Below are positions 46,201 through 57,200 of a stretch of 64,000 nucleotides of DNA, piece after piece; position 1 is the first letter of the stretch; every line of letters begins with the position of its first letter. This DNA is from Owenia fusiformis (Eukaryota): contig CAIIXF020000001.1 of assembly GCA_903813345.2 (NCBI GenBank), forward strand, positions 38,688,001 to 38,752,000, written 5' to 3'. Below the pieces are notes generated by a model. It was not told the DNA's origin and searched no databases. It was given only the letters and a program-made list of their open reading frames with translations. Made by a program: the position numbers and the translations under genes.

Positions 46201-49200
46201 TATCACTTACTGGAGTTGTTGCATTATTCAGCTTCAAAATAGCGCTTTCATTGTCCGATTGCAGAAATAAATGTTTCGACTTCCAAATATGTCCTATCCA
46301 TACCAGAGGTATTAAACTCAAAATCAAAACCACCAAGAATGTGTTTCTTAGAGTCCTTACATATTGGTAAACTAAAGCCATTCTTTTGACTGCAAATTCC
46401 ATAGATTTTATATGTCATTCATTTGTATATGGTTCTAGGGGATAAAGATCAATACTCCTATCCTTGTTTGTATTTAATCCATATGGAATATACTCAGTTA
46501 TATTTTTCAGAATCGATCAACAAAGCTTGATTTTGAATCATAAACTGCAAAAAGCATAATATCTATGTTTAATCAACTGTAGTGTTTTATTTCTTTTATT
46601 TATTCAGTTCAGTTATGTTGTTCTAGATTTGCATTACACAACTTTTAAAATGTCAGCTGGATAAATTATTGCGTCATTAAGGATTGGTAGCGATATGGTG
46701 AATTAAATTGAAAACGTTTTTCTCTTAAACCAATCATCAAAAATCTTTGAAATGTTTATACATCATCAATGTAATGGTCCACTTTTGAATGGTAACAATT
46801 TCATCAAAAAATGTTCAACTTCTTTATGTATTGCTTCAGAAAGCACATCAGAAACTTTCTTGTGTGTTCTTGGTACCATATGTTTGGAATGAAATGAAAC
46901 ATCTCTCCAAACCTCGTTGGAATAAATCAATATATACACAGCACATTAAGATCTCTCAATATTGTAATTATACTGAAAAAGCTTGGTTCATTTAAAATGA
47001 ATCTTATTAACCTCTTGAATCCCAGTCTCTAAAATTGGCATGAAACCAGAGAATTTTTCATTTTTTGCCACCTTTTGACATTTTATTACATACCTATACA
47101 ACTTTAGATGCTTAGCTTAGTAAAATTGGACGGCAGAGATCATTTCTACACGTTTTAAAACAATTTTTGTGTAAATTGGATGAAAATTGTTCAAATGAGA
47201 GCAATTTTTGTCAAAAATTTTGTGACGGATTTTCTCGTCCCTCTGGGCACCAGTCTTATTTCATTTGTGACGGATATATCCGTCACTCTGGGTATTCAAG
47301 AGGTTAATAAAATAGTTTTAGAATTGGTAGAAAAAAACAAAAAACAATTGCACTGAAAAACAAAAATTGTTAACTGAAACTATCATAGAAAATATATATA
47401 ATTAATTTTCACATTAAATTATAGTTGACCTGTGGTTTTCCTGGAATTTTGATGTCATTATAATATGTGGCGCAAGCACACGACAACAGTATAGCACTTG
47501 GAAAAGGTGCAATAAAATTAAAAGGGGTTATTTTGTTTAGCTATGAGAGAGTATCAAAAGCTTCAATTAAGTGAAGTACCTTCATATTGTTCATTGCTCA
47601 TGGGGATAATCTACAACTATATGTAATGGTATATAAAAATTGTAAAGGTCTATTGAATTTTTCCCATAACACAATATACTTGCTGATAATCAATCGACTC
47701 AGTCATCCAATAAAGGCCATAAAGCATAACAAAAATACTATAGATTCAGAAATAAATTATTAATGATAAAATTACTGTAGTAGAATACACTGTATGTACA
47801 TTTGTGAGTGTTCATTTATTACATGTTTCATTTAATAAACAAATACCTGCAAAGCTTTTTGTTTTCATTGATTTTTTTCATGTTTCTTTTGACATTTCCT
47901 TAGTATAGTGTATGGATTTGAAGCAAGTCAGAATCTACTATGTTATCAATATAAATCGCGATTAGGACCTAGGTTATGAGGCCTTGTTTCCTTATGATCA
48001 TGGACATCTAATATATTTGTCTTTAATTTGGAAAGCATTTTAAATTGGCAAATTTTGGCAAATCAATTAAAATTGCCGAATTAAATAGTCACCAAAATCC
48101 ACGGGAATATGACATATTTTTAGTTCGATGCACCTCCAGTTATAAGAAAGGTACCAAGATGGCCAGATTGTTTAAATTTATACAAACAACAATAAAACAT
48201 TAAAGAAATTGTTTATCAACAACACTAACAATGAGTATCTTGAATTGGGTTGGATGGGAGGATGTCTGGGACACTTGAAAAACCGCCAAATTAAATAGAG
48301 TAGAGTAGACACACATAGACACTAACAATAAGTACTGGCTGAACGAGCCAAACACAATACATCTATAAAACTGAGCTTTTCTTGCATTCTCTTGAGATAT
48401 CACTGCAAAAATGGTCAAATGAGTTCAGGTTAATTTTTTATAGTACAGGTGACACCATGGCTGCAATCTTTATTTGTAAAATGCTGGTAACCGATGTATG
48501 CACTGTTCATGTACATGTAATGTATAAACCAATAGAAGTCTCACTTACCAGCGGGCTGGTTCTGGTTGGATGATCCACTTTCAGTTTTCTTAGCTGCGGG
48601 AGTTTGCTGACCTGAAGTGGATTTTGTCCCTGCAATCTTTGCAGCTCTCTGGGCCTCCTATAACACAGCAATATGGAGGAAAGAATTGTACAGTTCAGCT
48701 GATTGGCTGTTTAGATCATTGATGTCACAACAACGTAACATGTCAAGCATATTTGGTCAATGAATCAAACGAGGTGCATAACTATACATATGACTGCCTC
48801 AATGGTTACTATGGTAAAGCACTCATTTGTACCAAAATGTTCTAATATTTTCATTATAAAGATATCATAATAACATGCACTCCCTGTAAAGAAAATATCT
48901 CCTACTTCTGTATAAATTTGATTGATGTTGATTGAAGAATATTCCAAATGTCACCTGTGACACATTGAGAATGGGAAATGTGTCAGGTTGATAACTTACA
49001 TAAATGTGACATCCAAATTGCTTAAATCTCTCAGAAATATTAATGCATTGTGTATTTCAAAAGCTATTTGAACAGACTTATAGGATATCCTATGATTTTG
49101 AGGAATATCATTTTTATCTACGAGGTGATATTGATATCTGCCCGAGAGAGCAAAGCAAGCGAGTGCATATATCAATATCACCGAGTAGATTAAAATGATA

Positions 49201-50225
49201 TTCAGAAAAAATCATAGGATGTTCTTATTATCCTACACTTACAAGGAGTGTACTAAATGTATAATATCATTGCAAAATGAATTTCATGCCAAATAGAGTC
49301 AATTTGGCGGGAAATCAACAAGCGGAGTATATCGTCACAATATCCTCCGCATATTGGGTTTTCCGGAGTATATCGTCATGATATCCTCCACCCGGAGTAT
49401 ATCGTTACGATATCCTCCGGATATTCATTTTGCCAATAAATATCAAATTTATTTTTTATTGTTATTATACGTTTAGTACACTAAGTGTAGGATAAATATA
49501 TTTATCCCATGATTATTGTGCAATCTGTATAATAACAGCCAGGGATATAGGTAATATTAAGGAGATCCATGCGAAACAGTATTTTTCTGAAAATCATTAA
49601 ATAAACCAAATATACAGCTGCTGTCATTTGAGTTGCATATCACTGTGATAAATTGATTTCAATTTTTGTTCCCAAATATCAGATCATTTTGAGTTACGTA
49701 TATCATTTTATCACCTTGTTGATATCAAATATCACTTTACTCACTCAACTGTTGATATTTGATATCAATGGTATATATATACATGTACATTATGTATATA
49801 CTGTATATCACATTTTGAATTATGCCATAATGAGCTCGCTTTAAGCATTTCAAATCAAGGTGGGCTTTAGAAGCACCACTTTTGAATGAAGACCTTATAA
49901 AATGACATTTTGGTAATAAAACCATTTGAATTGATTTGAAGGATTACAAAACATGCCACCAACATGTGTAATTGTCCATACTGGTTAAATGGCATATATT
50001 CCCAAAGGCAGTTTATTGACATTCATTGACATTGTAGGAAGCACATCCTACCTGAAGTGCTCTTCGCTCTGCCTTCAATTCTGCTTTAGATTTCTGTGGT
50101 TTGTTTGGATCCACATCTGGAGCTTTACTTTTCTCTGGATTCTGAGGCTTGGGTTTTTTCTCTTTTTTCTTTTTGCTTGTACCCTGCTGTTGAACCTGCA
50201 CAGCTGCATTTCCTGTATCAGCCAT
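34246..50225 (-). CDS. EIF2B4: Translation initiation factor eIF2B subunit delta (495 aa, 11 coding exons)
   Basis: Exons (minus): 50052-50225, 48549-48657, 40819-41026, 40391-40511, 39947-40023, 39667-39769, 38016-38146, 37398-37489, 35452-35537, 35001-35181, 34246-34451. Motifs [112 protein letters not shown]. Confidence 0.97.
35613..36973. mobile_element. PIF/Harbinger-like foldback MITE (1361 bp) in an EIF2B4 intron
   Basis: TIR agctatgttcacaccaa pairs with ttggtgtgaacgtagct; TTA TSD on both sides. Long imperfect inverted arms; the right arm has an internal duplication. Confidence 0.9.
37490..37572. repeat. Two tandem copies (42-bp period) duplicating an EIF2B4 3' splice site
   Basis: ctgaaacaattagatagagttgccagttgatttaatagtta at 37490 and 37532. 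Confidence 0.9.
38579..39508. mobile_element. hAT-like non-autonomous element (930 bp)
   Basis: Perfect 17-bp TIR cagggcacgccttaagc. 8-bp TSD cttacaag at 38571-38578 and 39509-39516. Confidence 0.92.
41190..41350. repeat. Dispersed repeat fragment; inverted relative at ~54510-54685
   Basis: aagaatttgtta.agac...gaccataacaatatgtca is reverse-complemented at ~54514-54600. Confidence 0.6.
41808..42144. mobile_element. Hairpin-terminated non-autonomous element with architecture like 1058-1476
   Basis: Long hairpin tttttgatacagggt...accctgtatcaaaaa, followed by an imperfect ttattc.ttactta / taagtatggaataa pair. Confidence 0.6.
42526..43710 (-). mobile_element. HINE / pearl-like element with a (GACG)n microsatellite and ~7 internal 146-bp tandem repeats
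   Basis: Minus strand reads ttatcccacc sub-TIR, (ccgt)n, tandem array (gaaccaaatcc at 42984, 43130, 43276, 43422), then ggtgggat, a short hairpin and ctagtt. Confidence 0.85.
45257..46402 (-). CDS. Galactoside alpha-1,2-fucosyltransferase (GT11), intronless CDS, nested in an EIF2B4 intron on the same strand
   Basis: 381-aa ORF with a type II TM segment ([17 protein letters not shown]) and GT11 motifs [52 protein letters not shown]. Confidence 0.95.
   Translation of the reverse strand: MEFAVKRMALVYQYVRTLRNTFLVVLILSLIPLVWIGHIWKSKHLFLQSDNESAILKLNNATTPVSDIKYGNNTVEIKQPMNNDRAHKISNALRVNQNQTTGRGWVSVPRIGRLGNNMFQFAAVMAMSKHYQMFPVYPPEILDGIFNINRSGVLLDKENQNSFPSIQMNEKKASAYDESIMTKDIPGNTNIKLCCYFQSWKYLRGIQEDLRRQFTFKPSIDSIAMRFINQTLINNGDFKSNKHTALVGIHIRRSDMAGSERSYNMGYRSAPKQYFQNAMKYFRIKFKHVHFIICTDDVKWAQDNIRSPDLTFSVGHSAGVDLAILSHCDHIIMSTGTFSWWAAWLSGGEVVYWAGWPKPNTYIGRITEPFDYFLPNWKPML
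47011..47303. mobile_element. piggyBac-like MITE (293 bp)
   Basis: ttaa|cctcttgaat ... attcaagagg|ttaa. Confidence 0.8.
49078..49494. mobile_element. Inverted second copy of the 1058-1476 element
   Basis: Near-identical reverse complement; both spurious ORFs translate to ..[20 protein letters not shown]. Confidence 0.85.
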
Positions 50226-51289
50226 GTTGTTGCCTTAGACTGGAATGAAACAAAAATTAAATTGAAACAATACAACATAAATGTGCACATCGCAAAACTA
50301 AATGGTTACCTGGTTACACAAGATCCACTGAATAAACATGACGACAAAATGGACTAAATTTGGAAGTACTGTAGCTAGTTTATAATTTACACAATTAACA
50401 CGTACAATGACGTTAGATGATTGATTTATTGTCTGAGTGATTGACAGGATATCGATGATTGTTTTCTACGATGACGATTTCTACTAGTTATTAAACAAAT
50501 CTGGAAGAATTGTGTATATATATTATGCACGTGTAAATTGAAACGTTATTTGCGGTTTTTATCTGTCAATAACGTATGATACAACGTTAGTTGCTTGATT
50601 TATTCCATGAGTGATTGATAGAATATCGGTGTTTGTTTGTTTTGGCGCTTGTTTATTGGTTATAGATTACATGTAGTTGGTAATGCTTCTTTACTTGATT
50701 GGACGTATGACTGGTACGTTGAGTTGGACTTCAGTTAGGCATTAGGCATAACATAAAAAATCAAATTCCTAACCCTGGTAGGAATTTTAGGTACCCGGTC
50801 AACCAGCTACCCGGTTACCCATTATTTTACACAAACCTGCATATGGGTGAATTTTTTCATAAAAGGCTCGTCTTTTTTGGCTCGGATAGAGAATGATTCT
50901 TACACACAGTGACAGTACATGGGGAAAGAAGGAAGGATAATATTTGAAGTTTTGAACCTCTCCTATTAAAGACATGCATTAGCTGCATATAAGCTTAGAA
51001 GCCTACTAGTCTAGCCTACAAGTACCCATGAGTACTGAGTAGGCCTAAACTTAGCCTAATGTATTATCGCCCATCATCATCTTTATGAACTACACTGCAC
51101 TACCCAGCAAAATATCTCCTTTTTCATCATAAATTATACAATTCATAAAACAGGACATCACAATTCATCAATGTTAAAATGGTTTACCCCTCAGAAAAGC
51201 TTCTGCACCAACAAATCTTGAATAATTCAAAACATTTTGTTCTTGCATCAGTCGGCGGAACAAAGTGGTTATTTCGTTCAGTGTACAAA
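50226..51289. promoter_or_regulatory. Divergent promoter / 5' UTR region of EIF2B4 and MRPL32
   Basis: ~1.06 kb between the divergent ATGs. YY1-like CAAAATGG at ~50345 and over the MRPL32 ATG; CACGTG ~50528; GATTGG ~50697. A 3' splice acceptor lies 14 nt upstream of the EIF2B4 ATG. Confidence 0.6.
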
Positions 51290-54200
51290 ATGGCTGGCAC
51301 GTTGAAAAAATATATTTCTGCAATTTCAAGGTTTCACTCGAATTTACTGCATTTACTGAGAGTTAATCCACATCATGGTGAGTATACTGCATACGTGTAT
51401 TCATATGCATAAAGTATGGACTGTATTGAAGTGTACACGTTTTGAAGTTTCGCCTGCTCAACAGTGAACAGAATATTTCTTTTCCAATTTCAATTTTCAT
51501 AGCGCCGGGGACATGTATAACATAGCCATGGCCATGATATCATGGCCATTACTCATACCTATATTTATAATGACGCAGCAGCAAACTGCGATAAACTATG
51601 CACCTACCCACAGGAACCTGTATCAACACCTGACATCTAGATATATTGCCAAACCCACGGACATTGAGTAAGTTTCTGGCGAAAGCTGGAGCATAGATTA
51701 TAAAGAGGACTGGAAACAAGGTGGCAGTCTATTTCAATTCTGCCAACTCGTGTTGGCCTATTTATCACTATTGACTCAGTGGTTCATCTAGTTTTACCTT
51801 ATCCCGTACCAGGACTATAGTCCTGTAACGAGCGCATTCTTTTGCCTGTACGATTACAACTTGGGAGAATTATCTACGCCCCTTACACTTAAGATACCTA
51901 CTTCAATAGATTCCTGGGTATTTTAGCATTCTTTTCGTGGAGTTGAATCCACAATTGTTTGGGTATATCGCCAGAATGGGAACATTTTTCTTTTTCATCG
52001 AGAGATATTCTATCACTTTTCAAGATGGCGGTTGGATTTAAAAGGGGATTCCCCATTTGACTGACTTGGAAGTGGCCCGGATTTACCAATAAATGGAAGA
52101 ATTTGACGGTTGAAATAAGTTAAGGTGCTATGGAAGTTAACAGGAAATGACAAAACAGGAAGTGACAATTTTTTTTGCATTTTTAGATATTTTTTGAATA
52201 TAGATAACAGAGTTCTGGTTTGACCTCCAGTCAATTTAACTATTTCCACATATCATTTACATGACCAGGATCACAATGTGCATGGTCAGAATGACCCTAA
52301 ACATGATGAAATAACCTTTTTAGCCCTTTGAAAGTGTGACTGAAAAAAAGCTAAAAGTAGGAGCGTAGGGAAGGTCACTGAACAGAATCTTTTGAATTTT
52401 TCAGAAAATGTGCCCAATATATTGCTCTAAATGATACAATCTTTGAAAATTTGATATCATTCATAGAAAAAGAAAAAAAAATGAAAAAACTGATTTGAAA
52501 AGCGATCTATTTTCCTTTTTATGACCGCCATTTTTGTTTTAGACAATTTTCTAAAATTTCAAAGATTGTACTAGTTAGAGCATTATATTGGGTACATTTT
52601 CTGAAAAATTCAAAAGATTCTGTTCAGGGACTATCCCTACGCTCCTACTTTTAGCTTTTTTTCAGTCACACTTTCAAAGGGCTAAAAAGGTTATTTCATC
52701 ATGTTTAGGGTCATTCTGACCATGCACATTGTGATCCTGGTCATGTAAATGATATGTGGAAATAGTTAAATTGACTGGAGGTCAAACAAGAACTCTGTTA
52801 TCTTTATTCAAAAAGTATCTAAAAATGCAAAAAAAATTGTCACTTCCTGTTTTGTCATTTCCTGTTAACTTCCATAGCACCTTAAATTAAATATTACACG
52901 CAAATATTGCGATCAAAAACGAAAATTTCTTTGTTCTGCCGATAAACCCAGACAATTGTGGATTCAACTACACGAAAAGAATACTAAAATACCAAGGAAT
53001 CTATTGAAATAGGTATCTTAAATGTAAGAAGCGTAGAAAATTCTCCCATGTTGTAATCGTACAGTCAAAAGAATAAGACGTTCGCAGGACGTCACTATAG
53101 TCCTGGCACGGGATAAGTTTTACCTACCTTAGATGCTTATAGTAATCTATTTAGTATAATATTGTTTCCAAAATTATTGTCACCATGATGAGCTAATTTC
53201 AGGCGAGATTCTGGAAATAAAAAGGTAGGTCATTCTTGTTTCCAGTCCTCTTAATTAATCTATGCTCCAGCTTTCGCCAGAAACTTACTTGACGTCCGTG
53301 GCCAAACCTGAAATAGAATGAGCTTCTATTCTAAAATTGGAACTTACGAAATATTTACCTGCCAAATATTAAGTTGTAACTTGAAAGATAATACACGAAA
53401 ATCGTGAAAAGAAAAAATCTCACCAAAAGCTCCTGTTTCATTCAAAGCCATTTTGATACGAGGCAAAACCTTGTTTCCTTGTTCATCCCCAGTGAGCTTG
53501 GGACCAAAAAGCCGGTAAAAGGAGGGACTCTGTAGAATTAACAGAATATTGTACCAAGAGAAAGGCATTTTTGTTTTGCTTTTAATGGAACAAGTTTGGA
53601 CATTCAATACACATGATATGGAATACTAGGCTTGTGTGTCAATCAAACCTAAAAAAATAAGCAATCAAAGAACCTCAGTAGAATAAGCTTTAAATAATAT
53701 TCAGCTGACTGTACATGTAGGAGTGATGTGTTCCAACAATTTTTTGATGTTTTATTTCCCTTTTTGTTTCTCAGTACGCATTGACAGCCTTTAATAATAC
53801 AGGTAACCATGCACTCTTAACTATTTATCCCTGATGTTATTTTCATGTACATGTACTCTGTGCTTACAGGGGTAGCAGTTGCATTGGCAGATTCACCTTA
53901 TGCTGCTAAACCTTCACCTCTGTCCCCAGACTCCACACTGAAGTCTATACTGGGAGAGGGCATACTCTGGGCAGTACCAAAGGGACGAAGGACAAAGCAG
54001 AGAAGGCTAACAAGAAAATTGAGCTTACATTGTGGATTTGAAGATGCTATACCAAAAAGAAATATTATCGCCTGCTTGGAATGTGGACATTATCATGAGA
54101 GGAACACAATATGTGGTATGAATCTGTTTTTCAAACTTTCAAAGATTGTTATTCTAACTTTACATTGGCTCTTAATTAGGTCTTGGCATATCCATGTACT

Positions 54201-57200
54201 GATTTTGTACAGGGTGGTAATTTCCTGCAATTTCCTCATATCTTTGTCATTTTAGGGAATTACTCCCTGATATTTCACACATTTGTACATCATCCACTTT
54301 CCTACCATATTTCATGACCATCAGACTGATAGGTCAAAATTTTATAGCACTTTGAACAACATGCTTCAGATTTGGGAATTATTGCGATTTAGTCAAGCCT
54401 GCACAGTTGTCAATGACCCAATTGCATTCCTCAGCAGGTGTGGCCTGAATAACACAGATGGTCTCACTTTTGAGGTCTGCAATTGTCCTGAGGTCATTTT
54501 TATGTCAAAAGTGGTGACATATTGTTATGGTCTCCGTTTTTTTGTGGCGGCGGTTGGTATCAGTAACAAATCTTGGCGTCTGTAACAAATTCTTAAAACT
54601 TCCAATAACTTAACAAATACTGTTTAGACTGAGTTCAGTTTTTTTTTAAATCATCTTCAAGTTTTCAGAAGTTCAAATCTGACTTAAGCCTGCACTTCTA
54701 GTTCTTGGAGCCGTTGATTTAATTTTAGACGAAAGCTTGCAATATCTCGCATATCTCACATCTCATTCCATTTGATGAAATATTCAATATATATATATTT
54801 CTCTGATGTGAATATTTTCGAAACAAATGCGTGATATATACACATATTTTGTACCAAATGCGTGACATAAACGGCAATCGCGTGCAAAGACCGAACGCAA
54901 TGCGTTCGCTTTTTTTCGCCGTTCGGTGTTTAACCGTGTCGGCATTTCACAAAAAACGATTTTAAAAATCTCAACAAAATGCGTGATTTGCGTGATATTT
55001 GATCATACACGCTAAATTGATGCGTGATTTCTATTTTTCCAGCAAATGCGTGACAATCACGCCTAATGCGTGAGGGTTGACAGGGCAGCATTATGTTACA
55101 AACAATTTTCATACAAAGAATTTCCGATGTATGTATTATCGATTGTTATTGAAGTCAAGAAACTTGGAGATGAGATGATATAGGTCAAGGCTCATAACTG
55201 TTTGGTGTGTCAAATAACCAAGATTTTCTGGTCTAATAATCTTTGATGGATGGTGTATTAATAGACCCCATGCCTAATATTGTAGTGCAGTTTTGGCTTT
55301 CATTTCACCTATTGTAACCTCAATCCAGTCACGAAGGCGAGATCGGGCTCAAATTGTCGAGCCCACCGGGTACTTCAAAATAGTCAAATGCATAATTGTT
55401 AGTTTCAGAAGTAATATGATTTGTAAGTTCATCTAGCCAAAATATATTGAAATAACCATACAGTAGCTGACTCTCAATATCAACAAGCACTCCACGATGG
55501 GATCCTGTCAACATCATACAACTCGGTTTGATCAAATAATCACTATTCAGATAGCTGATCTATTTAGGGCACTTGTTGGTCACCACCTGAAATGCAAAAC
55601 ATCAACTTGAATTCATGTTCACATAGCCTGTAGGCCAAGGAGGGGGCCTGTGTTATTGGTGGAGTAATCATCATTTTCACTTCAAGTATTATTTTCGCTG
55701 CCCAAATCATTGGATATTTGCTGAGAATTGTCCTCGAATAAGAACTCGAGCTCTAGCAGCAGTCATTTTCAAATCCCTTATTCTTTTATTGCAAATAATA
55801 TTGGAGAAAACATTGATGTATATTATGAAAAATTCACAAAATGTCATTAACTTTCTGTTTGTTCTTGTTTTGTCAAGTACAAATTTAAAATGAGATGTAA
55901 ACCATAGATCTATATTTAAATGTTTCTGTTTTAAATTATATTCTATTCAAATTCTATCACTGTTAAATTATATATCTGCTTTAATATGGGCTTATTTGCC
56001 TTTTGCAGATTATTGACAAAGACATAGACAAATATAATCCACAGGGTTAGACAATAGCCTGACATCTATGAATAGGACGAAAAATCTATTCAGAATAGTA
56101 TGATTGCAAAAGTTGATTATAGTTGACGTCCCACACTTACCGATAGGATGATACAGTCGACGTCCCGGCCAAAAGAGTTAATGTATCCGAACAGTAAGCT
56201 GCTGTACTTAGCACAAAATTTCAGGTTATGTCTCCTGACTCTTCTCGTGAACTTTTCCTCAAATAAAACTTGATAAATTCATGACGTAAAGCCCTGCTAG
56301 TGAGGAGTGTCAAAGATTGCATAATACTGTAAAGACACAATACAAATATTGAATATAAGAGATGGAACAATTGACTGTCATTCATTCTAAATGTTATCTG
56401 TATAACCATGTGAAACAATGCTACAGTAAGCAAGATAACTTCACTGGCAATCAACTTGTATTCCCAAATGAGATCTTTCCGGTGCGAAGGATGAATGATA
56501 CTCAGCTGTGGTTGTTGATTTTGGCGAAGCTTTCTGCCAGGACTTGATTCACTAAAAGCCTTAGATGGAGAAATCTTATTCTTATTCCATTTTTTGAGTT
56601 TGTGACACTTAACCACATTATTCTCATTTTTGGGATTAGAACTACTGAAGGTCACCTCAATGTTACTGATTATTTCATCCTGCATTTGTGGCTCTTTTTT
56701 TGAAAGTTCTTTGGTACATGTATCATTATTTTCTAATTCATCCAAATCTATATGAATCTGGGATGTATGAACAATGTCAGTTTGTGCATCAGCATGTAGG
56801 TTTGACTCTGTCTGATGGCCATGCATGTTATCAAGCTTACAAATTTGAAACATATCATCTGGTATGTTTGGCGGTGTCTGACGGCCATGCGTGTTATCAG
56901 GCTTACAAACATGGAACTTAACGATGTGAGTTTGTGTATCAGCTTGTACATTTGATTCTGTCTGACAGCCATGCGTATTATGAAGTTTACATATTTGGAA
57001 TACATCAACTGGTGTCTGCATGCTTGGCTTATTTTGTCTGCTATTGACATTAGGCTGAATATGTACAGTAAAAATCTTCTTCTTTAACGAAAATATCATC
57101 TTAGAATGTTCAATTACCGTGAGACCAAAACAGCATGTGTCAGCAACATTGTCCACCCAAACAAGGTCCTTGTTATCTGGTATTATGACAAGTATTCCAC

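Noticed and set aside
46403..48657. In-frame EIF2B4-fucosyltransferase fusion protein
   Set aside because: The phase-1 splice into the 46544 acceptor meets a TGA after about 12 codons.
49989..50357. 122-aa hydrophobic plus-strand ORF
   Set aside because: It is the antisense shadow of the Lys-rich first coding exon of EIF2B4.
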